From NCBI GenBank assembly GCA_964515645.1, contig CAZEVM010000005.1, positions 1 through 45,981 on the forward strand: DNA of 45,981 bases, written 5' to 3'. Position 1 is the stretch's first letter; every line of letters begins with the position of its first letter. This stretch comes from an uncultured Candidatus Peribacteria bacterium. GTDB taxonomy: Bacteria > Patescibacteriota > Gracilibacteria > Peribacterales > Peribacteraceae. Under the pieces are notes generated by a model. The model saw only the letters and a list, made by a program, of their open reading frames with translations, searched no databases and had not been told where the DNA came from. Made by a program: the position numbers and the translations under genes. Positions 1 to 8,086 of the stretch are shown here, piece by piece.

Positions 1-6
1 CTTTCT

Positions 7-33
7 CCACTTTCTTTGCGCCAAAGAAAGTGG
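7..33. other. Perfect 12-bp stem / 3-nt loop hairpin at the window edge. It may be a terminator or regulatory stem of an unseen upstream gene.
   Basis: CCACTTTCTTTG-CGC-CAAAGAAAGTGG read directly. There is no T-tract on either side, so the function is open. Confidence 0.3.
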
Positions 34-89
34 ATACCCGTTATGGCCGAAGGCCTGATACTATTTCTGTACTTTTTACCCCCTGACCC

Positions 90-1185
90 GTGGAAGAGCT
101 CATCTCCAAACTCACCGAGCTGATGTCTGCCCTGAACACGGGAAAGGACTCTCTTTGAGGCCCGGAAAGTCCCCGAACGCATAGCCGAACTGGATGCTAA
201 AGCGGCCGATCCGGCTATTTACGCCGATCAGAAAGCAGCCAAGACCCTCTTTGCCGAACTCCGCGGCTTAAAGAAGCAGTGGGAACCGCTCATGGCGCTC
301 TTAGGAGACGCCGAGACCGTGCTTGAACTAGCAAAGTCCAGCGGCGAAGGCGACTTGGCCGAGATTCAAGCGGAAGCCGATAAGCTCTTTGCCGCTTGGG
401 CCACACTGGAAGCGCAGCTCTATCTTTCCGGCGAATTCGACCAGAGCGACTGCTACCTCACGATTAGCGGCGGCGCCGGCGGCACCGAAGCGCAAGACTG
501 GGCCGCCATCCTGGTGCGCATGTACATGCGCTACTGCGAGCGCAGCGGTTTTAAGATGTCACTCCTCGATAAGACCGACGGCCAGGAAGCCGGTATTAAA
601 ACTGCCACGTTCCTCATTGAGGGCAGTCCCGCCTACGGCTACCTGAAGTGTGAGAAGGGCACGCACCGCTTGGTACGTATCTCGCCGTTCGGCGCTAAGG
701 CTTTGCGACAAACCAGTTTCGCCCTAGTAGAGGTGCTGCCTGTCATCGAGGGCGCCACGGAGATCCAGATCGACGCGAAGGACCTGCGTGTCGACACCTA
801 CCGCAGCGGCGGCGCCGGTGGCCAGCACGTGAACAAGACCGAGTCGGCCATCCGCATTACGCACTTGCCGACGAATACCGTGGTGAGCTGCCAGACGGAG
901 CGCAACCAATTGCAGAATCGCGAACGCGCGATGCAGATGCTGCAGAGCAAGCTCCTCGCCTTGAAGCGAGAGGAAGAAGAAGCCCAGAAGAGCGAACTCA
1001 AGGGTGCCAGTGCATCGGCCGACTTCGGCCAGCAGATCCGCAGCTATGTGCTGCACCCGTACCAGATGGTGAAGGACCTTCGCACCGACGTGGAAACCTC
1101 GCGCACCCAAGATGTGCTCGACGGCGACATCCAGGCCTTCATCGATGCGGAGCTCAAGCGCGCCGCGCGCGAAAAGACCGCCTAA
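90..1185 (+). CDS. prfB: peptide chain release factor 2, made through a programmed +1 frameshift
   Basis: Frame 0 opens at GTG 90, just after an in-frame TGA at 84-86. It reads MEELISKLTELMSALNTGKDSL and stops at TGA 156-158 inside CTT TGA G. Skipping T156 joins the 292..1185 frame (EARKVPERIAELDAKAADP...). The product has the RF2-specific SPF motif (RISPFGA) and GGQ (GGAGGQHVNKTES). The joined length of about 364 aa is typical for RF2. Confidence 0.93.
144..159 (+). promoter_or_regulatory. RF2 autoregulatory +1 frameshift site
   Basis: An SD-like AAGGA (144-148) is followed by a short spacer and then the slippery CTT plus in-frame TGA (153-158). This is the same layout as the classical prfB CUU UGA site. 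Confidence 0.85.
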
Positions 1186-1260
1186 CTCATCATAGCGGCA
1201 CAGCAGCAACCTGGCCGAATACCTTCAGGACAAGATGTCACCAGACACAGCAAGGCATGG

Positions 1261-1289
1261 TTGAGAAAATCCGTAGAAAAGGCTATACT
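1261..1289 (+). promoter_or_regulatory. sigma-70-type promoter TTGAGA-N17-TATACT for the 1301-7368 operon
   Basis: TTGAGA at 1261-1266, an exact 17-nt spacer and TATACT at 1284-1289. The ATG at 1301 lies 11 nt after the -10, giving a very short leader. Confidence 0.6.
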
Positions 1290-1300
1290 ATAGGGATTAT

Positions 1301-1717
1301 ATGAACGACACCCTCTTCCTCACCCCCCACGAGCGCAGTCAGCTCGACCAACTCTCCGTGAAGGTTCCGGCCGACTGGGCCGTGACCGACGAGGCGTCGT
1401 CCGCCTACGAAACGGACGAGCAGTTGGAGATCCGCGCCCAGATCGCATCCTTCAAGGACAACCCCGCCGTGCTGGCGCTGGTTGAGGCGCTCAAGGCCGG
1501 CAAGGCGCCGCAGGAGTGGCCGGACATTCCGGCCGACGTACTGCCCGAGGTGTATTTCACCATCGGTGCCCGCGGCCTCACCGGCATGATCGGTGGCCTA
1601 CTTGAGAACGCTGCCGACTTGGACGATATCGCCATGCTCTCCGCCCTGACGACACTCCGTCATGAAGTACTCATGACCAACGAGTCCGTCTCCGAGAACC
1701 CCCCTTCGCCCCTATGA
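1301..1717 (+). CDS. hypothetical acidic soluble protein (138 aa), first gene of the orphan operon
   Basis: The ORF follows the promoter above, and its stop overlaps the next start (ATGA at 1714-1717). Composition is normal and D/E-rich. I recognise no family. Confidence 0.7.
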   Translation: MNDTLFLTPHERSQLDQLSVKVPADWAVTDEASSAYETDEQLEIRAQIASFKDNPAVLALVEALKAGKAPQEWPDIPADVLPEVYFTIGARGLTGMIGGLLENAADLDDIAMLSALTTLRHEVLMTNESVSENPPSPL

Positions 1718-2382
1718 TCCGTAATAGCAACACCGCCCCCGAGGCCCTGCCACACTTCCGCCGTGCGGAAGACCTGGACCAGTATGCCCGCACGTACGGC
1801 CTCAACCGCGACTCTCTACGTGCCGGTCGCACGTCAGTGGACGGCCGCCGCGGCGTCATCACCCAACTGCAGCAGGCCGGCCTTAATGGTCAGTCGGAGC
1901 GCGTGGGCGAGCACCTGATGCGCTACCAGCAGGAATTCGACCGTAAGGAATCGTGGCTCCGCCGCATCCCGCTCATCGGCAAGCCGCTCGATTGGACCTG
2001 GACCAAGATGAAGAAACACCCCATCCTGACCGGTCTGATCGGCCTCGGTATCGGCGCCGCCATTCTGGGCTGGTACTACGGCTACCTGGGCAAGAAGCTC
2101 CTCGACTACCTGCCAAACTACTCCGGCGCCGTGAATCGCGTCGGCCGCCAGGCCGCCATTCCCACCACACCCGATGCTGCCCTGAATGGCGTGGGCGTCG
2201 GCGGCGTGGAAGTGACGCCGCGCATCGAGCCGGTAATCCCGAATTCGCCCACGTACCCCATCCCGCAGCGCGGCGTGTTTGCCACTCCGCAGCTTCCGCC
2301 GGTACCAGTGGTCCCCACTCCTCGTATCGTCCCCATGCAACCCAACCCGTCGGGCAGCCGACTGGGAATTGAAGACCTCTAA
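1714..2382 (+). CDS. hypothetical single-pass membrane protein with a Pro-rich C-terminal tail (222 aa)
   Basis: Start/stop overlap with the upstream gene. It has one hydrophobic helix (HPILTGLIGLGIGAAILGWYYGYL) followed by PQLPPVPVVPTPRIVPMQPNP. I recognise no family. Confidence 0.7.
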   Translation: MIRNSNTAPEALPHFRRAEDLDQYARTYGLNRDSLRAGRTSVDGRRGVITQLQQAGLNGQSERVGEHLMRYQQEFDRKESWLRRIPLIGKPLDWTWTKMKKHPILTGLIGLGIGAAILGWYYGYLGKKLLDYLPNYSGAVNRVGRQAAIPTTPDAALNGVGVGGVEVTPRIEPVIPNSPTYPIPQRGVFATPQLPPVPVVPTPRIVPMQPNPSGSRLGIEDL

Positions 2383-2418
2383 GAAGAACGCACACGAACA
2401 TCCACACAAACACCGCCT

Positions 2419-5400
2419 ATGCCCCCACAGGAACAGCCCCAGCAACCGCAGGCCCCCGCCGAGAACCGTGAAACCCCCCAGTGGACGGAATTCCGCCAGG
2501 AGGTCGCGGCCTTTGGCCGCGCGCTCGGACCGCGTCCGCCGTTGCCGGAAAATCCGAGCGATCTCCAGTTGCAGGGGTTGTTGAACGAGTCTCGCAATCG
2601 CGCCACCATCACAAGCTTTAACGAGCTCAACCGTGGCCGCGAGATTCTCTTCCGCTCCACGGCCATCCGCCACGCGGCGGACATGGAAGACCCTCAGAAC
2701 CGCAACCGCTTCAATCGTGAGTCGTACATCGTCTCCGCCCAGGCCGCGACCTACTGCGAGGACCTGTCGAATATCACCGATTTCATTGCACACTCGATGC
2801 GGAACTACGAGCTGTGCCAGGACATCATCGTCACCCTACCAGCCGCGAAGCGCACTCAGCTTGAAACCAAGCGCGCCCAGTCGGTGCTCTTTCTCCGTGC
2901 GCTGCGCGCCGCTACCGAAGAACGCGTGGCCTTTGCCAACGTCCGCAACGCCTACCAAGTATTAGCCGCCGAACGCGCCAAGCCCGAAGGCCAGCGTGAT
3001 AATGCCCGCATCCTCCAGTTCACGACCGTGCGCGACACGGCCATGGACAAGCTGTCGCCGGCCAGCCGCGCGGTCTTCTTGAATGCCGGACCAGACCAGG
3101 CCAACGCCATCCGCACCCAGGCCACCACCCTCGAACGCAAGATCATCGGCATTGCCGCCGGCACGGAGCGTGTACCCGGCGTGGACGCTGGCTGGCTGCC
3201 GACCTATCTCTACCTCGACGTTCTCGAGGCGCGCTACACGCAAATTCAAGACGAACAGAAAGCATTCATCCTTGCCAATCGCCAGCTCGAAGAAGGCGGC
3301 GGCCGCGCGATGGAACTCTTGAACCGCGAACGCGAAGCCGTGATGGGCCAGATGATCGCCTACACGCACGATCTCTCGGGCTATCAGCAGAACATGGCCC
3401 GGCTGAACTCGACGCAGAACCTCTTCACCCGCTGGAACGTGGAAGATGCCCAGCCAAGCCCGGGCCCCACGCCACCCGAGGTGCGCGCCGACATCAACCG
3501 CTCGGTCACCGCACAGCGCGACTTCCACCTGGGCCGCCTCGAAGCTGTGACGAACCAGGCCAACGTGGAATTCCGCGGCGGCGTGTTGAGCCGTGAGCAG
3601 CTCCGCGACGCGCTGGTGAACCAAGTGGTCACCGCGGCCAATATTTCAAACTGGATCTCCCGCATCCTCACGCTCGGCGGCTATGCCGACGTGGGCAACC
3701 GCCTGCAGGGCTTCCTCACTGGCCCCATCTGTGAGGCCCTCCAGTGGCCAAAAAATCCCGACGGCACCTTCAAGACGCGTCTCACGCAGGCTGAAGCCGA
3801 CGCCATCTCCGACCGCCTCGGCCGTTTGAACCAGCTCGTCCAGAACTTCAACCGCAATAACAACGGCGCTCAGATCCGCGACACCATCACCGCCATCAAG
3901 GCCATCGACCCGACGGAAGCGGTCAGCAACGAGCGCGTGGGTCAGGTGCGCGAGCCGCTCCCCGCCGGCCCCATCACAGCCGCGCAGGTGCCAGCCAAAC
4001 TGGCTGAGCTCCAGCAGCAGTACGGCAATCGTCAGGACGCCGTGGCTACACTACAGGCCGCACTCTTGCAGCAGCTGAACGGCTTGTGGGGCACGCTGAA
4101 TCCTGACAATAGATCGGGCACGGGCTTCATTGGTCAGTACGCGACCATGCTCACCGAGATCGAACGCATGATCAACGTGCAGCTCGATGTCGCCGGCGCC
4201 TGCTTCCAGATGAAGGACCGCATGTTCCTTGCGGCCAAGGCCATCCTCATTGCCGTCGGCACGTCGCCGATCTTAACGTGGGGCGCCAGCACAGCTGCCG
4301 GCTTGGCATTCCTCACTCGCTCCGGCCGTCGGGCACTGTGGGCAACAGCCACCGCACCCGTCCGAGGCGGCATCGCCCTCGCACGCCATGAAGTGCGACA
4401 ATTCCGCAGTGCCACAGGCTTCCAGCGGGTCGGCTGGGGCGCAGGTATGGCCGTTGAGGCGTACGCCACCTACGAGGCCTACCAGGACGTCCAGCGAGAG
4501 AATGTGCGCCTGAATGATGTCAAAGCGGAAATCGCGCGACAGCTGGTTCTTGCCGGATTCACCCTTAAACAAGGCACGACGAACGTGTACGAGCACGCCT
4601 GCGGCTCGCGCATTCGCCTGGACGAGTTGAATATGAACCTCGACCAGCAGCGCTACGCCGCCTACACCCGCTTCGGCACGCGCGCCCTCGGCCTTGGCTC
4701 GATGTTGCTCATGGGTCCGCGTATCGCCATGGGCCCGGTCGGTTGGGCACTCATTGGTATTCAAGTCGTCGTTGAAGCCGGTATCTCCGCCTGGGAAAAC
4801 CGCGCTGCCCGCGAGCTTATTGCCAATCCCAACACGCCGCCATGGCTCATCATGGCGCTTGGCACCTCGCAGCTCGTCAACCGCAGCGAGTACGACATGC
4901 TGCTCAATAGCAGCAGCTGGAACACGATCGGCTTCGGCTCTACCGAAGAGGTTAAGAGGACCGTCCGCGAGAAGATGTACTTCACCATCTTCGGCCAAGA
5001 GCTCGGCGCTGCCTCACCAGATCTCCTGCGCGAGATCACCGCTGGCACCCGCAATATTCAGGAAATGGACGCCATCTTCGCTGGCGACTTCAAGACCATG
5101 CTTCTGCCGTACCTGTACGTACGCCTCTTCCAGAAGGCCCGCGCCCGCAACAGCGGCATCGGCTGGGACGCCGTGAAGGACGGCAAGATGGATCGCGGCA
5201 TGGTGGTCATTCCGCCGGACATCACCAACTTGGAGATTCGCGAGGCCATGCGCGAACTCGGCGTACTCTACGTGCAGCACCTGCGCGAGAAGCGCCTCAT
5301 CGATCTACTCGCCCGCCGCCGCGCCCAAGAGGCCGAGGTGGCCGCCGCCCCCGCCGACCAACAGAAACGCGAGCGCCTTGCAGACACCAATCACATGCTC

Positions 5401-7368
5401 GAGCTCATGGCCACTGAAACAGTCTTTGGCCAGCCGCTTTCAACGCTCACCCAGGCCCAAATCGATGGCAATAACGGCAAGACGCGCGCCCAACTCCTCA
5501 TGGAGACGATCTACGGCCAGGTGAATGGCAACCCCGGCGCGCCGAACTTCCGCTTGAATCAGGCGGCCGTGGCCAACATCCAAGGCCTGCCCGCCTCCAT
5601 GGCCAACGGCGTGGACTTCACGAGTGCTGACGCCATCCTCACCACCTCGGTCACGAATCCCGTCGAGATGGCAAACCTGCGCCGCATCGGCCCGCTCACC
5701 ACCGACGAACCTGAAGGCCGCGTGTTCCCCGCTTGGAACGATTGGGCCGGCCATGGCCGACGCCTACTGCAGATGCCGACCGGCATCGACGAAGCGGACG
5801 GCGTGCATGCCGCCCGCACGGCCGCGAACAACGCCGCCCAGGGCGCCGGCTTGCCGAACGTAGCGGAGAACGCCAGTTTCGAAGCCGCACGTGACCGCAT
5901 CACCGAAGCAGGCATGAAGCTTTTCAACAGGAATAACCGGAGCTTCACACGTAATAATGACCTGGCGAACACTCTGTATGGCCGCGAGCAGCACCTTCCG
6001 CTCGTCTTCACCAATCTCAATCCACGACTTCAAGGCAATATCGATACGCAACGTCTGCTGATGGGCAATGCCCGCATGCCGAACATCAACGGAGGCGGAG
6101 CAGCGTTTGCCTTCAATCAGGTCCGCGCCGTCTTCATCGAGAGCGAGACCTTGCCGAGCGGCCACGATATCGTTCACTTCACATTCATCTTCGGCGACGT
6201 GGAAGCCATCGGCCTTCGTAACACGCGCGTCTACGTGGTACAGCAATCAGCCGCAAGCAGCCGCACTCGTGGTCAGAACATTATCGTCGGACGCGCTGTT
6301 GGCCTGACGGAGGCCGGCTTGCGTCAGCAGGCAGGCGGCGACCGCATCTTCAACCAAACGATCACAGGCCTCCAGCAGCAAGCCTTCGAGCGCCAGCATG
6401 CCAATCAGGAAGCAGCCGAGCGTGAGCGTGTACGTCTGGAACAGGAAGCGCGTGAACGTCCGGCACGTGAAGCGCGCGAGCGCGCCATCATCGATGCCCG
6501 CAACGAGCGTATCCGGGTGGCCATGGAACGCGTCCGTGCCAACCCCAACACCTACGTCTCGGTGGAGAACGCCAACGGCAACGGCAGCCGCTTCGTGATG
6601 CGCTACACCGATCAGGGTCGCGACCAGATCGTGTCGATCGCCCCGTACGCCCAAGATGGCGGCGCACGCTTCGAGGCTCTGCCGTCCGGCGTGATGAAGG
6701 ACCCTGAGCTCACCGCTAGCGTGACCATCGACGGCCGCAGCCTGAACATCCCGTGGAACTTCATGAATAACCGCGATGTCAGCTGGGGCGACGCGCGCTT
6801 CTACCTGCGCATCCTCACCACGCCGCACCCCGGCGAAGAGGCCATGCCGTTCGAGCGCATCATGTCGATGATCCCGCACTACGACACGCTCAAGTACGAC
6901 GTGCGCGGTAACCTCCGCAACCTCTACAACGAGGCAAAAGACAAAGAAGGCTTCCTCTACTACCTCATCATGCTGGCCGGTGCCCGCGGCGGCTTCACGC
7001 GTGGCACCGTCATCAACCCGCTGTTCGGCGATAACGACAACCGCATCGTGAGGTTGTTCCGGGACAACATGAACATGTTCAACGCCGAGGGCCGCGGCGC
7101 CAGGGACCGTGACTTACTTTCACAAGGCCTCGGCCTGATGGGCAACGACCAGCCCAACGAGTACGGCATCTGGTGGATTCGTAAGGATCCCCGGGCCACG
7201 CCGATTGGCTACCGCTTCATCTTTGGCCAGGGCTGGCAATGGACTCCGCACGAGGGTGGAGACCGCCATTGGATGAATGTCGACACGGAAACCGTGAGCA
7301 ACGGCCGTTGGCGCGGCCAGTCGCCCACCCAGGCCAACCTGGACTTCATCCGCTCGCTTCCCCGCTAA
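2419..7368 (+). CDS. giant orphan integral-membrane protein (1,649 aa)
   Basis: This is an uninterrupted 4,950-nt ORF with ordinary amino-acid composition, whereas all overlapping antisense ORFs are Arg/Gly/His-rich shadows. A hydrophobic cluster spans about aa 595-800 (nt ~4200-4830; e.g. MFLAAKAILIAVGTSPILTWGASTAAGLAFL and ALGLGSMLLMGPRIAMGPVGWALIGIQVVVEAGISAW). An E/R-rich coiled coil lies at nt ~6370-6535 and the C-terminus is Trp-rich. I recognise no catalytic motif or known domain. Confidence 0.85.
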   Translation: MPPQEQPQQPQAPAENRETPQWTEFRQEVAAFGRALGPRPPLPENPSDLQLQGLLNESRNRATITSFNELNRGREILFRSTAIRHAADMEDPQNRNRFNRESYIVSAQAATYCEDLSNITDFIAHSMRNYELCQDIIVTLPAAKRTQLETKRAQSVLFLRALRAATEERVAFANVRNAYQVLAAERAKPEGQRDNARILQFTTVRDTAMDKLSPASRAVFLNAGPDQANAIRTQATTLERKIIGIAAGTERVPGVDAGWLPTYLYLDVLEARYTQIQDEQKAFILANRQLEEGGGRAMELLNREREAVMGQMIAYTHDLSGYQQNMARLNSTQNLFTRWNVEDAQPSPGPTPPEVRADINRSVTAQRDFHLGRLEAVTNQANVEFRGGVLSREQLRDALVNQVVTAANISNWISRILTLGGYADVGNRLQGFLTGPICEALQWPKNPDGTFKTRLTQAEADAISDRLGRLNQLVQNFNRNNNGAQIRDTITAIKAIDPTEAVSNERVGQVREPLPAGPITAAQVPAKLAELQQQYGNRQDAVATLQAALLQQLNGLWGTLNPDNRSGTGFIGQYATMLTEIERMINVQLDVAGACFQMKDRMFLAAKAILIAVGTSPILTWGASTAAGLAFLTRSGRRALWATATAPVRGGIALARHEVRQFRSATGFQRVGWGAGMAVEAYATYEAYQDVQRENVRLNDVKAEIARQLVLAGFTLKQGTTNVYEHACGSRIRLDELNMNLDQQRYAAYTRFGTRALGLGSMLLMGPRIAMGPVGWALIGIQVVVEAGISAWENRAARELIANPNTPPWLIMALGTSQLVNRSEYDMLLNSSSWNTIGFGSTEEVKRTVREKMYFTIFGQELGAASPDLLREITAGTRNIQEMDAIFAGDFKTMLLPYLYVRLFQKARARNSGIGWDAVKDGKMDRGMVVIPPDITNLEIREAMRELGVLYVQHLREKRLIDLLARRRAQEAEVAAAPADQQKRERLADTNHMLELMATETVFGQPLSTLTQAQIDGNNGKTRAQLLMETIYGQVNGNPGAPNFRLNQAAVANIQGLPASMANGVDFTSADAILTTSVTNPVEMANLRRIGPLTTDEPEGRVFPAWNDWAGHGRRLLQMPTGIDEADGVHAARTAANNAAQGAGLPNVAENASFEAARDRITEAGMKLFNRNNRSFTRNNDLANTLYGREQHLPLVFTNLNPRLQGNIDTQRLLMGNARMPNINGGGAAFAFNQVRAVFIESETLPSGHDIVHFTFIFGDVEAIGLRNTRVYVVQQSAASSRTRGQNIIVGRAVGLTEAGLRQQAGGDRIFNQTITGLQQQAFERQHANQEAAERERVRLEQEARERPAREARERAIIDARNERIRVAMERVRANPNTYVSVENANGNGSRFVMRYTDQGRDQIVSIAPYAQDGGARFEALPSGVMKDPELTASVTIDGRSLNIPWNFMNNRDVSWGDARFYLRILTTPHPGEEAMPFERIMSMIPHYDTLKYDVRGNLRNLYNEAKDKEGFLYYLIMLAGARGGFTRGTVINPLFGDNDNRIVRLFRDNMNMFNAEGRGARDRDLLSQGLGLMGNDQPNEYGIWWIRKDPRATPIGYRFIFGQGWQWTPHEGGDRHWMNVDTETVSNGRWRGQSPTQANLDFIRSLPR

Positions 7369-7397
7369 CTACCGAATCCCTCTTTCACGCCAAAAAA

Positions 7398-7488
7398 TGG
7401 CGGTGGGAGAGGGATTCGAACCCTCGAGACCCTTTAGGGGCCTACACGATTTCGAGTCGTGCGCCTTCGACCACTCGGCCATCCCACC
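7398..7488 (-). tRNA. tRNA-Ser (anticodon CGA), class II with long variable arm, CCA encoded
   Basis: The reverse complement reads GGTGGGA-TG-GCCGAGTGGTCGAAGGC-G-CACGA-CTCGAAA-TCGTG-TAGGCCCCTAAAGGGTCTC-GAGGG-TTCGAAT-CCCTC-TCCCACC-G-CCA. The acceptor, anticodon and T stems all pair, and the anticodon loop CT-CGA-AA gives CGA. Confidence 0.92.
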
Positions 7489-7646
7489 GCCGCGTATTGT
7501 AGCGATGGCGCGCTGAAGGGAAACCCCCGTCAATTGCTTCTCCCTCCTCTGAGGGTCCGCGAAGTCGAGAATTGGCCCTTGCGGCCAAAGGACGGGCCTG
7601 GAACAATCAGGCCCGCTTTACTCTTATTTCTTTCTTCCCCCTTCTT

Positions 7647-8006
7647 ATGAGTTACGTTGTTGCTTCCAAGGTGAAGGAGACCGTCAACGCCAAGGATATG
7701 ATGGCTGCCGGTGACCTCGCTGAAGCTCTCAGCAAGCACGTCGAGATGTGGCTCGGCCTCGGTGTGAAGGCTGCCCAGGCTAACGACCGCAAGACGGTCC
7801 GCGGCGCTGACATCCTCGCCTTCAACCCGGGCAAGGCTCAGCTCGTCGTCGCCTCGAAGGTGAAGGAGTTCATCAACGGTAAGGACATGATGGCCTCTGG
7901 CGACCTGCCGGAGTACGTCAGCGGCCTCGCCGAGTGGCTCCTCGCTAAGGCTATGGAGCGCGCCAAGGCCAACGACCGCAAGACGGTCCGCGAGAACGAC
8001 CTCTGA
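7647..8006 (+). CDS. tandem histone-fold (DUF1931-like, pseudodimeric) small DNA-binding protein, 119 aa
   Basis: The internal ATG at 7647 (MSYVVASKV...) was preferred over the track start at 7572. Two tandem repeats are present: VVASKVKETVNAKDMMAAGDLAEALSKHVEMWLGLGVKAAQANDRKTVRGADILAF and VVASKVKEFINGKDMMASGDLPEYVSGLAEWLLAKAMERAKANDRKTVRENDL. Each shows a helix-loop-long helix-loop pattern with the RKT(V/I)xxxD(I/L) L2 signature seen in archaeal HMf histones (GRKTIKAEDI). The gene is followed by a strong terminator. Confidence 0.7.
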   Translation: MSYVVASKVKETVNAKDMMAAGDLAEALSKHVEMWLGLGVKAAQANDRKTVRGADILAFNPGKAQLVVASKVKEFINGKDMMASGDLPEYVSGLAEWLLAKAMERAKANDRKTVRENDL

Positions 8007-8028
8007 TCCGTTCCATTGCGAACGATCC

Positions 8029-8056
8029 AAAAAGGCCCCGAAAGGGGTCTTTTTGT
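8029..8056 (+). terminator. rho-independent terminator of the histone-fold gene
   Basis: AAAAAGGCCCC-GAAA-GGGGTCTTTTTGTT, a GC stem with a GNRA-type loop and a T-tract. Confidence 0.8.
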
Positions 8057-8086
8057 TGGTCGCCTGGGCGCCTACACTGGCCCCCA

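Noticed and set aside
1834-6879. Many 60-320-aa ORFs on the minus strand and in off-frames across the giant gene (e.g. 1834-2793, 2962-3624, 4273-4998, 6247-6879).
   Set aside because: All lie inside the single 4,950-nt ORF or the 222-aa gene and have Arg/Gly/His-rich shadow composition. None has independent signals.
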